A DNA stretch of 50,581 nt from Patescibacteria group bacterium (GCA_030916965.1 JAUPVQ010000005.1:1-50581); one strand, 5' to 3'; counted from the stretch's first letter, positions 9,514 through 18,764 are shown. Notes: generated by a model not told the origin, from the letters alone. Made by a program: numbers and translations.

Positions 9514-10847
9514 TAGTTCATCTTCTCTTTTATGTAATCGATGATTTCGTCTTTCTTGATTCTTTCTTGGGTGCCTGTGTCGCGGTCGCGTATGGTGACT
9601 GTATCTTTGTGCTCCGGATTCTCCTCACCTAGTGTGTCGAAGTCTATGACTATACACCATGGTGTACCGATTTCATCTTGTCTGCGATACCTTTTACCTA
9701 TGTTGCCATTGTCATCCCACATTACTCTGCCAAATTCATCTTTGAGCATTCTATACACTTTATGAGCATAATCACGTAACTCTGGCTTGTTCTTGAGCAA
9801 TGGTGACACTGCACAAACCACAGGCGCTATAGACGGGCTAAGTGCCAGGTATGGCCTTGCTTCCTCCCCTTTTACTTCCTCTTTGTAAGCACTAGTTAAC
9901 AATGCCAAAACAGTACGATCCACACCAAATGAAGGCTCTATAACATGAGGGATCAATCGCTCTTTTGTCTCATCGTCGAAATATGACAAATCTACAGTAC
10001 TATTTTTCCCATGAGTTTGAAGGTCGAAATCTGTACGGTATGCGAGTCCATATAATTCCTTGCGTCCAAAAGGAAATTCAAATTCGAAATCAATTGTGCG
10101 TGAGCTGTAGTGGGCAAGATCTGTCTTCTCCACCTCAAGCTCATAAACACTATTCATGTCTAAACCGATGCTTTCCATCCATTCGAGCATTTCTGCGCGC
10201 CAGTATGTGAAATATTTTTCCCAATCATTTGGGTGAAGAAAAAATTCAATTTCCATTTGCTCGAATTCACGCTGTCGGAAAATAAAATCTCTTGGAGTAA
10301 TTTCATTGCGGAATGCTTTACCAATTTGAGCTAACCCAAAAGGCAATTTTGGGTGTATAGAATCCATTACATTTTTGAAATTCACAAACATACCTTGCGC
10401 TGTCTCGGGTCGTAGATATACAGTAGATGAGCTGTCTTCCACTGCACCAATTTGTGTAGCGAACATCATGTTGAACTTTTTCTCATCACCGAGTTTACCT
10501 CCACAATCAGCACAAATTTCTTTGTCTATGATTTGGTCAGCGCGAAACCTTTTTTTACATTTGCTGCATTCTACCATCGGATCTGAAAAATTATCTATGT
10601 GCCCTGTTGCTTTCCACACATTACTATTCATCAAAATTGCCGCATCAACTCCGTACATATCTTCACGGTTATCAACAAACTTTTTCCACCAAGAATTCTT
10701 GATATTATTTTTCAGCGCGACTCCAAGTGGGCCATAGTCATATGTACCAGCTAATCCTCCATAAACTTCGGAACCTTGAAAAATAAAGCCACGGCGCTTT
10801 GCAAGTGATGTTATTTTCTCCATTAAGTTGTTGTCTTTATTTTCCAT
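9513..10847 (-). CDS. glyQS: glycine--tRNA ligase, alpha2 (eukaryote-like) type
   Basis: YLRPETAQG, GKAFRNEITPR, REFEQME, IGKRYRRQDEIGTP. Confidence 0.97.
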   Translation of the reverse strand: MENKDNNLMEKITSLAKRRGFIFQGSEVYGGLAGTYDYGPLGVALKNNIKNSWWKKFVDNREDMYGVDAAILMNSNVWKATGHIDNFSDPMVECSKCKKRFRADQIIDKEICADCGGKLGDEKKFNMMFATQIGAVEDSSSTVYLRPETAQGMFVNFKNVMDSIHPKLPFGLAQIGKAFRNEITPRDFIFRQREFEQMEIEFFLHPNDWEKYFTYWRAEMLEWMESIGLDMNSVYELEVEKTDLAHYSSRTIDFEFEFPFGRKELYGLAYRTDFDLQTHGKNSTVDLSYFDDETKERLIPHVIEPSFGVDRTVLALLTSAYKEEVKGEEARPYLALSPSIAPVVCAVSPLLKNKPELRDYAHKVYRMLKDEFGRVMWDDNGNIGKRYRRQDEIGTPWCIVIDFDTLGEENPEHKDTVTIRDRDTGTQERIKKDEIIDYIKEKMN

Positions 10848-10860
10848 TTTTTTCTTATAC

Positions 10861-12753
10861 TTATTTTATAACACGCTCATTTCCAATCACAAAATTAGGG
10901 TCATTCTCAAGTCTTGTATTTATATCTCCTGCACTTGATTTAAGAGTAGCCCCTGTAAAAGAATCAATTCCTGTAAGATATACTTCTTTTATTAGTTGTG
11001 GGCCAGTACCTACTTGGGATAGTGAGGGCTTTAGTACTAGAGAGAATGAAACTTCTCTCTCCCCTGCACCAAATCCTGTGTTAGCTAGGACCTTACCAAT
11101 TTTCCAGACAACTTCGTGAGTATTTGGATCATAGGAAATATTCTCGGACCCACCACCAATCATTGCTCCCCATTTCATATATGAAGGTATTATTGCTCTA
11201 GCCTCTGCATTGTTTATGTTATTTACTGAGTTCGACAGTGTCCAAATTATTTTATATACAGTATCACGATCTACTTGCGGTGGCAACGCACCTCCATACC
11301 AGAGCCCTGAAGATGCAATTTGGAAATCTGATGTTACTCGTATAATTTTCTTTGTAAAGTTTGTAACCTCCGACACTCCTCCAGAGCCAGACTCTTGGCC
11401 TTTGATACTAACAGATATCATAACCTGAGGTGAACTTATGGATTGGGATGCCCCAAGTACTGATGTCGGTGTAAAGGAGAAACTAACTCTACCCTTGCTA
11501 CCAGGATCCACAGAAGTTAATTCTCTGTTTGTGTTCCTATCCCAAATAATCACATTGTTTGTGGAGTCAAAAAATCCGTCGTTTACAGAAATAGAGTTTT
11601 TGTCGAGAACATTTCCCGAAATATTGGCTGTGATTTGTGCATTCAATATTCTTGTAGGGAGATTGTTTACCCATTCTATGTCTACCTTTACCGATTTGCC
11701 TCCCGCAGTTGAATATGTTTCCAAGTCTTCTCCGCCAACAATTATTTTTGCTTCAAGGAATGGCTTGTCTATAGTTACTGTGTGAAGTAATGAATTGTAA
11801 ACAACATCAATAACTGATTGGTTGGCGAGATTTGGGTTACCAACATATACATGGAATGCTTGCTCGTCGCCGTTTTGACCTATCATACTACCCTTTATAT
11901 TTATAACCATCGGCTTGCCAATCTCTAAATCATTTATATTCCAGAGTGAATTTCCAAGTGATGGTTTCGGGAAAGAACTTTCAAATCGAAATCCTGTAGG
12001 ATACTCTACTTTCAATAAAGTTTTGTCGCTAGGTAGTGCGGTATTGAGTGTAGCGGTAATTTGGAAATTTACATCTTGGCCTGAACTTGTAACTGTTGGG
12101 CCTTCGAATAATAATGAAAGTGGGGCTGAGCTAATAGTGACTGGATAAGATTTCTCTCTAGTGAAAATTGCGTTGGAACCCTCGGGATGGTACTCCAATC
12201 TAACTGTTACATTCCTAATCGCACCTTGGTCACCATAGAGTGTAACTTTTTTATTTCTTTCTATGCGTTCACCGGGCTTGATTGTACCAATAGCTTCACG
12301 AGGTAAGCGTATCATATCTAGAGTCGAATCAGCGGTAGCTCCACGTGGATACTCTACTATCAAATCTACTAATTCTAGCTTGGCATTATTTTTATTTACA
12401 ATTTCTATCTGTATTGGCAATTCTTCGCCTGCTTGCACAAAGGCATTACCAAGTACTGTAACCTCTATATTGTCTCCCGACACAGTACTCTTGCCTTGCA
12501 TGAAAGTGTATACACCATAACCAACAGCTCCGAGAAAAAACAAAATTGCTATAAAAAAGAATCTTTTAAAAAATTTTGTATATTTGGGTGAAGTTATAGG
12601 ATGAGCTTGCCCATCATCCCAAGTTTGCGCGACTTTGTGAGGGATATTATGAAGTACCCCTTCTTTGTGATGTTTGGACGAGTCGAAATCTCGCTCATAT
12701 AAGGTACGCTTGATATCCTCTATTTTGTGTAATGGCTTTTCATCTTCTTTCAT
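10861..12753 (-). CDS. membrane-anchored protein with repeated Ig-like/DUF11-like domains
   Basis: single TM followed by a long beta-rich extracytoplasmic region. Confidence 0.7.
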   Translation of the reverse strand: MKEDEKPLHKIEDIKRTLYERDFDSSKHHKEGVLHNIPHKVAQTWDDGQAHPITSPKYTKFFKRFFFIAILFFLGAVGYGVYTFMQGKSTVSGDNIEVTVLGNAFVQAGEELPIQIEIVNKNNAKLELVDLIVEYPRGATADSTLDMIRLPREAIGTIKPGERIERNKKVTLYGDQGAIRNVTVRLEYHPEGSNAIFTREKSYPVTISSAPLSLLFEGPTVTSSGQDVNFQITATLNTALPSDKTLLKVEYPTGFRFESSFPKPSLGNSLWNINDLEIGKPMVINIKGSMIGQNGDEQAFHVYVGNPNLANQSVIDVVYNSLLHTVTIDKPFLEAKIIVGGEDLETYSTAGGKSVKVDIEWVNNLPTRILNAQITANISGNVLDKNSISVNDGFFDSTNNVIIWDRNTNRELTSVDPGSKGRVSFSFTPTSVLGASQSISSPQVMISVSIKGQESGSGGVSEVTNFTKKIIRVTSDFQIASSGLWYGGALPPQVDRDTVYKIIWTLSNSVNNINNAEARAIIPSYMKWGAMIGGGSENISYDPNTHEVVWKIGKVLANTGFGAGEREVSFSLVLKPSLSQVGTGPQLIKEVYLTGIDSFTGATLKSSAGDINTRLENDPNFVIGNERVIK

Positions 12754-12777
12754 ATATAGAGTTTATTATAACACAAA

Positions 12778-13365
12778 TTACAGCTGACTCTCACGCAGTG
12801 CTTGGTTGATAGCTAGGACTATTGATCTTTTGTTGAACAATACATCTTTTGCCATATCTTGCTCAAATCCCCCATTCAAGTATGAGGTCAAATCCTTGTT
12901 GTCACCGATATACCCGAGTCTATTTAAAATGCGTAATACTAAATGGAGTTCGAGTGCCTCCCGTGTTTCTGTACTTACTTCTTCGTTATCAAGAATAAAA
13001 AAAGACTGCAATACGTCTACATAAACATCTTTATTCCCTTCCTCTCCACTACATAAGCGTTCGAGTAATTTACTCACTCGCAGCATAAGTGCCAAGCTAT
13101 CTATATTGCTTTGTGCAATAGAAAAAGAATTTATCGGTGTAGCAGAAGTCACACGCCAAATATCTCGGCCACGCACCAAATCAATTTTGGCATAAGATAA
13201 ATCCTGCAAAGAAAAACGAAGTTTCGATTTGTTGAGTCGTATACCCTGCGCTGCCGCATTGATCAAGCCATGCTCGAGCGTATAAATAGAGAGCATCTTA
13301 TTGGCCTCCCCCCGTGCACGATGAGAAAGTATAATCCCCTCTGTGTGGTGTATATGATGATGCAT
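12778..13365 (-). CDS. recO: DNA repair protein RecO
   Basis: TEGIILS....GEANK...IYT.EHG.I...AQG.R..KSKL OB-fold motif. Confidence 0.9.
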   Translation of the reverse strand: MHHHIHHTEGIILSHRARGEANKMLSIYTLEHGLINAAAQGIRLNKSKLRFSLQDLSYAKIDLVRGRDIWRVTSATPINSFSIAQSNIDSLALMLRVSKLLERLCSGEEGNKDVYVDVLQSFFILDNEEVSTETREALELHLVLRILNRLGYIGDNKDLTSYLNGGFEQDMAKDVLFNKRSIVLAINQALRESQL

Positions 13366-13384
13366 ATATACAAATTATAACATA

Positions 13385-13413
13385 TTGCATGAAATGGCTA
13401 TATTTGCTAGATT
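13385..13413 (+). promoter_or_regulatory. sigma70 promoter, divergent from recO
   Basis: TTGCAT-17bp-TAGATT with TGn extension, 7 nt before the leader ATG. Confidence 0.6.
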
Positions 13414-13420
13414 AAATATA

Positions 13421-13498
13421 ATGAATTATTACACAAGCATAGTTACCAACTTGCCGTTACCGCCCGCTATACATTTAGTGGCTGGTCTTTGTGTTTAA
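13421..13498 (+). CDS. candidate leader peptide MNYYTSIVTNLPLPPAIHLVAGLCV
   Basis: leaderless 25-aa uORF overlapping the attenuator pairing segments. Confidence 0.55.
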   Translation: MNYYTSIVTNLPLPPAIHLVAGLCV

Positions 13499-13555
13499 TA
13501 ATACAAAAAGAAATCGTAATTGATCTCAAACACCAGCCACTAAAAGGCTGTTTTT
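13459..13555 (+). promoter_or_regulatory. candidate transcription attenuator
   Basis: 1:2 pairing 13459-13469/13476-13486; perfect 13-bp antiterminator 13474-13486/13532-13544; terminator CAGCC-7nt-GGCTG-TTTTT 13534-13555. Confidence 0.6.
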
Positions 13556-13586
13556 AATTTGTCCTTTAACATTTAAATATAAAATT

Positions 13587-13775
13587 ATGGAAAAAATCAA
13601 ACTAGACATCGATGAGGTTAAGATTTATGTATCTCTTGCCTTCCTTTTTATTCTTGCTATAGTCACTATCCCGTATTGGCTACCTATTATGGTTTATCAG
13701 GATTTAAACGAGACAAAAGAACAGAAAGCACCTACTAGTTGGGCAACCCAACCAAATATTTTTGGTGAAAATTAA
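13587..13775 (+). CDS. small single-TM membrane protein
   Basis: 62 aa with one hydrophobic helix; lies between the attenuator and a terminator. Confidence 0.6.
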   Translation: MEKIKLDIDEVKIYVSLAFLFILAIVTIPYWLPIMVYQDLNETKEQKAPTSWATQPNIFGEN

Positions 13776-13804
13776 TTACCGAAAAAGAAATTTTCCTATC
13801 ACGC

Positions 13805-13832
13805 AAAAAACCGTATTCATTTACGGTTTTTT
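13805..13832. terminator. bidirectional intrinsic terminator
   Basis: AAAAAACCGTA-6nt-TACGGTTTTTT between convergent genes. Confidence 0.8.
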
Positions 13833-14460
13833 ATTTTAAAATAGTCTCAACTGTATTCAATAAATCTATCGGACTTTCGATTATTTTTTCTGGATTGCCT
13901 AGCCTTAAGGTATGCTCTTTGTGCAAGCCCCATGTGACTCCTATCGATTTAACATTGCATTCATTGGCCTCGCGCACATCACCAAGAGTATCAGTTATAA
14001 AAACTGTATCATCTGGGGTAATTTTGTATTTATCTAATAGATAATTTATTTTTACAACTTTAGAAGAATGAAAGTCGTAACCCAATACTTCCTTGAAACA
14101 AGGGAGCAAATTTTCTTTCTCTAGAAAATTCGATATTATTACAGAAGAAGCCGAGGAAACAATTACTAAATCGTATTTTTCAGTTAATTTCAAAACTGTG
14201 TCGTGCAATATATCACCAACAGAAAAAACTGAATCGAGAGCATTTACATATTTTGTTTCATAATCCTCTGGGTACGCGTACGAATCATCTTTTAGTAATC
14301 TCCTTTGAGTCTCTATAAAATTCCCATGGCTCATCTCTTCAAAACGCTCCCATGTTAAATCTCCGTTTGATGCTTTGTGTAGGCTAAACCAAAATTCTGC
14401 AGTGTTTACAAGCACACCGTCAAAATCAAACATTACTAATTTTTTATTTTCACGATTCAT
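13831..14460 (-). CDS. HAD superfamily phosphatase
   Basis: FDFDGVLVNT motif I, VSS motif II, DT.GD motif IV, GVTWG. Confidence 0.93.
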   Translation of the reverse strand: MNRENKKLVMFDFDGVLVNTAEFWFSLHKASNGDLTWERFEEMSHGNFIETQRRLLKDDSYAYPEDYETKYVNALDSVFSVGDILHDTVLKLTEKYDLVIVSSASSVIISNFLEKENLLPCFKEVLGYDFHSSKVVKINYLLDKYKITPDDTVFITDTLGDVREANECNVKSIGVTWGLHKEHTLRLGNPEKIIESPIDLLNTVETILK

Positions 14461-17400
14461 TTTATAATCTGAATTTTGAATACAATTTCCCCAATTTTTG
14501 CTTCGGACCCATCATTCTCCCCTTGGTTGATCTCTTTAGCAGATACAGTTTTCTTGAAATCACTTTCAAATTCTTTTATCAATTCTTCGCCTTTTGTGTC
14601 AGTAGAAATCATAAGAGTGATCATGTCGCTTGGCATAAGACCTTCCTTCTTGCGCATATCTTGTACAGCTCGCAACAACTCACGATAATCCCCTTCTCTT
14701 TTTAAATCCTCTGATATATTTGTATTCAAGTCTACACCCTCTTTGTCATTCTTCTCTAAAATAATTTTTTTCAGATTTAACTCATCCTTAATTATTTCAA
14801 TATATTCATCTTTAAATTCTTCATTCCATATTGTTAATTCACCAAGGGGTTGGCGTACGGGTATATTATTTTTCTGGCGTGCTTGTAATCCTAGCGTGAC
14901 CACATTGCGCACATTTTGCATCTCTGTAATTATCTCATTATTTCCAAACTCAAATTCTTCCCAGAAAGCTAGGTGTACACTCTCTACGTCTTCTTCTTGC
15001 TTCAATTTCTGCCAAACGTGCTCTGCGACAAATGGAGTAAACGGTGCCAACAATTTAGAAATATTTTTCAATACAAAATACAAAGTTTGTTTTGCCCCTT
15101 TATTCCCGTCTTTTAGAACTTCGCGTGACCGGCGTAAATACCAGGTAGAAAGGTCCTCAATAAACAAATCAAATGGTCGTGTAGCTTGCGCCATATCGTA
15201 GACTTCCATTTGTTTTGTGACTTCTTTCGACAACTCGCTGTATCTTGTCAGTATCCATTTGTCTAAAACATTTGTGGTTTCAAAATTATTTGTTTCTTTC
15301 TCTAAATTTAGGTCTCTATACAATTCATAAAAAGTTAGTACATTTTCTAATCTTCCTACAATTTTACTCGCAATCTCTTGCACTGTCCTCTCCGAGAAGC
15401 TTACATCTTCCCCTTTCATTAGAGTTGAGGACATAAGGTAGAATCGTAGTGCGTCTACTCCGTATTTATCAAAAAGTATCGATGGGTCTGGAAAATTATT
15501 TTTAGACTTACTCATCTTGCTACCGTCCTCAGCGAGGACTGTACCAGTAGTCACCACATTTTCAAACGGAGCATGGTCAAAAAGAATTGTGGAAATAACA
15601 TGAGAGTAGTAGAACCATGTTCGAGTCTGAGCTATATACTCAGCCACAAATCCTGCAGGGAAATTTGTTTCCTTCCAGTCTGGACGCTCAAATGGATAGT
15701 GGTCCTGTGCAAAAGGCATAGAGCCTGATTCAAACCAGCAATCGATAACCTCGGGAATTCTTTTATACTCTGTGCCCTCTTCATCGACAAGCGTAATTGC
15801 ATCGATATAAGGCCGATGCATATCAAGCTCGTAATTTATATTGTGAGGTATAGGGGTAAAATCTAATTGATAACATTCTGCTGGAACATATCTTTTGTTT
15901 TTGATTAAATTATCAGTTTCCTCTTTTGTAAGTCCTTGATTTACCGCTGGTAGGACCTCAAGACCAATACCATGAGTTACGATTAAAATATTTTTGTTTT
16001 GATACTTTGAATCAATATTATAAATAAATTCTCCAAAACGATTTTTCGCTTCTTGAAAAGACTCTCCACCAGGAATCTTTTTATCCATATTGTCTAAATA
16101 ATCTTCCCGTATTTTCAAAAATTCTGTGAACGGTTGACCATCTAAATCCCCCCAATTTAATTCATGAATACGTGGGTCTATTATTATTTCATCTTTTGAA
16201 AAATTAATCTCTGAAGCAACAATTTCTGCTGTCTGTATTGTTCGTAAAAATGGAGAAGAAATTATCAAATCAATTTTTTTATCTTTTAGACTTTGAGCAG
16301 TATGTTTTGCTTGCTCTATTCCATTTTCGTTAAGATTATATTTCTTTTTAGTATCATAACTTACAATAGAGAGAGCATTGTGTTCCCCTTCCCCATGTCT
16401 CATTACAAAATACTTGTTTCCACTCTTTTTTGTTTTATTTTTTAAATCCTCTATAGAATTTACAAACAAAATCTTACCAGTTTCTGATTTCCAAATTGGC
16501 AAAGGGCTTGCCCAAAAGCGATTGCGGGATATAGTCCAATCTGGAGCATTCTCCATAATATTCTTAAACCTACCCTCTTTTAAGTGCTCAGGTATCCAAT
16601 TCATACTCTTTGCCTTCTCGAGCAGATTTTCTTTTACTTTTTGTATATTTACGAACCAGCTAGGTAGTGCGTAATAAAGGAGTGGTGTATCACAACGATA
16701 GCAGTGAGGGTATGCGTGAATTATTTTCTCTTTTGCAAAGAGTGTTCCTTTGCCAGCAAGATATTTGATCACCAATACATCTGTTGATTGTGGGTCATCT
16801 TTTGGCTTGGCTTTTACATTTGGGAAGTCAGTTACTTCTTTTGTGAAAATTCCATTTGGTTCTACGTGACGAATAAAAGGAATGTTATTTAATTTTGCAA
16901 GATTCATATCATCTTCTCCAAATGCTGGTGCCTCGTGGGCAATACCTGTACCCTGGTCAGCTGTTACAAAATCTGCATGCCAAACTTTCCAAATATTTTC
17001 CTTATTTAGGATGTCCACATTTTTGTAATAATCAAAAACTGGTTCATATGTTAAGCCCACCAATTCACTCCCCTTCACTTCTTTTATGATTTCAGGGTTT
17101 GTAAATTTATCTTTCAATTTATCAAATAAATCTTTTGCCAATATTAAAGTATCATTCCCATTTTTTACATAGATGTAATCAATATTATTATTTACTGCTA
17201 TAGCAGTATTACCTGGAAGAGTCCAAGGTGTTGTGGTCCAAGCCAATAAATAAGTATTTTCTTCTCCAGTTATCTGGAACTTAACATAAACAGAAATATC
17301 TGTAATATCTTTGTAGCTATTATCCATAGCAATTTCGGAATTTGCGATTGGTGTCTCGCAACGCGGACAGTATGCAAGCACGCGCACGCCTTCGTATAGT

Positions 17401-17897
17401 AGTCCTTTGTTGTTCATTTCGCCGAGCGCCCACCACACACTCTCGATGAAGCTATTGTCCATTGTCATATATGCATTGTCGAAGTCTACCCATCGCCCAA
17501 TACGATCCACTGTCTTCTTCCACTCTGCTACATATTTAAGTACCGAGGCGCGAGCATGTTCGGCGAATTTATCTACACCGTATTCCTCGATAGCTTTGCG
17601 TCCAGAAATTCCTAGATCTTTCTCGACAATATTTTCGATTGGCAAACCGTGCGTATCCCAGCCCCATTTGCGAGGTACACGAAATCCGCGCATTGTCTGA
17701 TAGCGCCCGATTACATCTTTTACTGTAGACCCAAGTATATGCCCATAGTGTGGCAAGCCAGTAGCAAAAGGTGGCCCATCATAAAATACGTAGTTCCCTT
17801 TGGGAGCATCCTTTGTAAGTGACTTGTTGAAAACATCATTCTCTTTCCAGAATTTCAATGTCTCCTCTTCTCTTTGTGCGTTTTTTGATTTATCCAT
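14457..17897 (-). CDS. ileS: isoleucine--tRNA ligase (type 2) with inserted histidine-phosphatase domain
   Basis: DGPPFATGLPHYGH, GWDTHGLP, AWTTTPWTLP, WTISRNRFW, KMSKS; internal RHG...SSP.LR..QTA...THG domain; upstream Ile T-box. Confidence 0.96.
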   Translation of the reverse strand: MDKSKNAQREEETLKFWKENDVFNKSLTKDAPKGNYVFYDGPPFATGLPHYGHILGSTVKDVIGRYQTMRGFRVPRKWGWDTHGLPIENIVEKDLGISGRKAIEEYGVDKFAEHARASVLKYVAEWKKTVDRIGRWVDFDNAYMTMDNSFIESVWWALGEMNNKGLLYEGVRVLAYCPRCETPIANSEIAMDNSYKDITDISVYVKFQITGEENTYLLAWTTTPWTLPGNTAIAVNNNIDYIYVKNGNDTLILAKDLFDKLKDKFTNPEIIKEVKGSELVGLTYEPVFDYYKNVDILNKENIWKVWHADFVTADQGTGIAHEAPAFGEDDMNLAKLNNIPFIRHVEPNGIFTKEVTDFPNVKAKPKDDPQSTDVLVIKYLAGKGTLFAKEKIIHAYPHCYRCDTPLLYYALPSWFVNIQKVKENLLEKAKSMNWIPEHLKEGRFKNIMENAPDWTISRNRFWASPLPIWKSETGKILFVNSIEDLKNKTKKSGNKYFVMRHGEGEHNALSIVSYDTKKKYNLNENGIEQAKHTAQSLKDKKIDLIISSPFLRTIQTAEIVASEINFSKDEIIIDPRIHELNWGDLDGQPFTEFLKIREDYLDNMDKKIPGGESFQEAKNRFGEFIYNIDSKYQNKNILIVTHGIGLEVLPAVNQGLTKEETDNLIKNKRYVPAECYQLDFTPIPHNINYELDMHRPYIDAITLVDEEGTEYKRIPEVIDCWFESGSMPFAQDHYPFERPDWKETNFPAGFVAEYIAQTRTWFYYSHVISTILFDHAPFENVVTTGTVLAEDGSKMSKSKNNFPDPSILFDKYGVDALRFYLMSSTLMKGEDVSFSERTVQEIASKIVGRLENVLTFYELYRDLNLEKETNNFETTNVLDKWILTRYSELSKEVTKQMEVYDMAQATRPFDLFIEDLSTWYLRRSREVLKDGNKGAKQTLYFVLKNISKLLAPFTPFVAEHVWQKLKQEEDVESVHLAFWEEFEFGNNEIITEMQNVRNVVTLGLQARQKNNIPVRQPLGELTIWNEEFKDEYIEIIKDELNLKKIILEKNDKEGVDLNTNISEDLKREGDYRELLRAVQDMRKKEGLMPSDMITLMISTDTKGEELIKEFESDFKKTVSAKEINQGENDGSEAKIGEIVFKIQIIK

Positions 17898-17917
17898 AAA
17901 ATTTAAAAATTAAAATT

Positions 17918-18088
17918 AAAAAAACTCGTCCACGTACAACAATTAAAAAATTGCTATACAAGGACGAGCTTCTACTCGTGGTACCACCTTGATTACTTCT
18001 CATTTAATAGGTTCTACTCCCCCCGAGGGTTTCTTCCCAAGCTTGCCCCGTTTTGCGGGGCGAAGGGGTGATATCCCCTTCATCGCAT
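17918..18088 (-). ncRNA. T-box riboswitch, Ile (AUC specifier)
   Basis: T-box AAGGTGGTACCACG (17977-17990); short Stem I GAAGGGG-ATATCA-CCCCTTC; GGAAGAA...AGTAGAACC Stem II; terminator CTCGTCC/GGACGAG plus U-tract. Confidence 0.9.
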
Positions 18089-18094
18089 ACATAA

Positions 18095-18123
18095 ACTATA
18101 CATATAAAACCAATATTTTGCAA
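18095..18123 (-). promoter_or_regulatory. ileS promoter
   Basis: TTGCAA-17bp-TATAGT just upstream of the T-box. Confidence 0.75.
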
Positions 18124-18193
18124 GAAATTTAATTCATTTGCAATTTTGAAAAATAAATGTAATATAAGCCTCAAATTGTACCTTCTTTGGTAT

Positions 18194-18289
18194 ATGTATA
18201 CAGTTTGTGGGCACTACAATGCTCCGCCCAAAAAACAAACAGCCGACCCTCTTAAGGCAAAAGCATATATCCTGTGCACAATTTTATAG
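18194..18289 (+). CDS. candidate 31-aa peptide MYTVCGHYNAPPKKQTADPLKAKAYILCTIL
   Basis: short ORF after a possible promoter (TTGCAA 18138, TAATAT 18160), ending right at a terminator. Confidence 0.3.
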   Translation: MYTVCGHYNAPPKKQTADPLKAKAYILCTIL

Positions 18290-18323
18290 AAATCCTGGTC
18301 CTCCATTCGGCCCAGGATTTTTT
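18290..18323 (+). terminator. intrinsic terminator
   Basis: AAATCCTGG...CCAGGATTT followed by a T-tract. Confidence 0.65.
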
Positions 18324-18401
18324 ATTTTAATTAATTTCCGCCAAGTAACATTTCTCGCAATACACAATCTCGGGGTGCTTAAGGGCGTATGATGTTATAA
18401 A

Positions 18402-18430
18402 TTGACAAGTTTATATAATTAGTGCATAAT
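18402..18430 (+). promoter_or_regulatory. sigma70 promoter
   Basis: TTGACA-17bp-CATAAT. Confidence 0.7.
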
Positions 18431-18449
18431 TAAGAAAATCATAAAAATT

Positions 18450-18713
18450 ATGAGAAAGAAAACTATTATAATCAATTGCCGAGAATGCGGGGGAACTGGG
18501 GTCCATTATCGAGAAAAAATGGATGGTCATGGATTACTTTGCTTAGAATGTTTAGGTTCAGGAAGTCAAACAATCAGCTTTACTCCTTTCAAAGGGAAAT
18601 TGGCTATTGCCAATGTTTGTACTGTAACAGCAAGAAAGAAGTATGGGCCTTCAGGCGAGATGGTAACATACGATGAGTTCGCAAAAGGCAAGATCCCCGC
18701 ATTCGATGATTAA
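18450..18713 (+). CDS. small zinc-finger protein (DnaJ-type CxxCxGxG repeats)
   Basis: CRECGGTG and CLECLGSG; has its own promoter and terminator. Confidence 0.75.
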   Translation: MRKKTIIINCRECGGTGVHYREKMDGHGLLCLECLGSGSQTISFTPFKGKLAIANVCTVTARKKYGPSGEMVTYDEFAKGKIPAFDD

Positions 18714-18733
18714 CATTTCTATGAGAAATTACG

Positions 18734-18764
18734 AAAAATCTCTTGGGTAAACCAAGGGATTTTT
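18734..18764. terminator. bidirectional terminator
   Basis: AAAAATCTCTTGG-gtaaa-CCAAGGGATTTTT. Confidence 0.75.

Noticed and set aside
18207-18392. 61-aa ORF in the ileS upstream spacer
   Set aside because: It reads through a terminator; the 18194-18289 frame fits the signals better.
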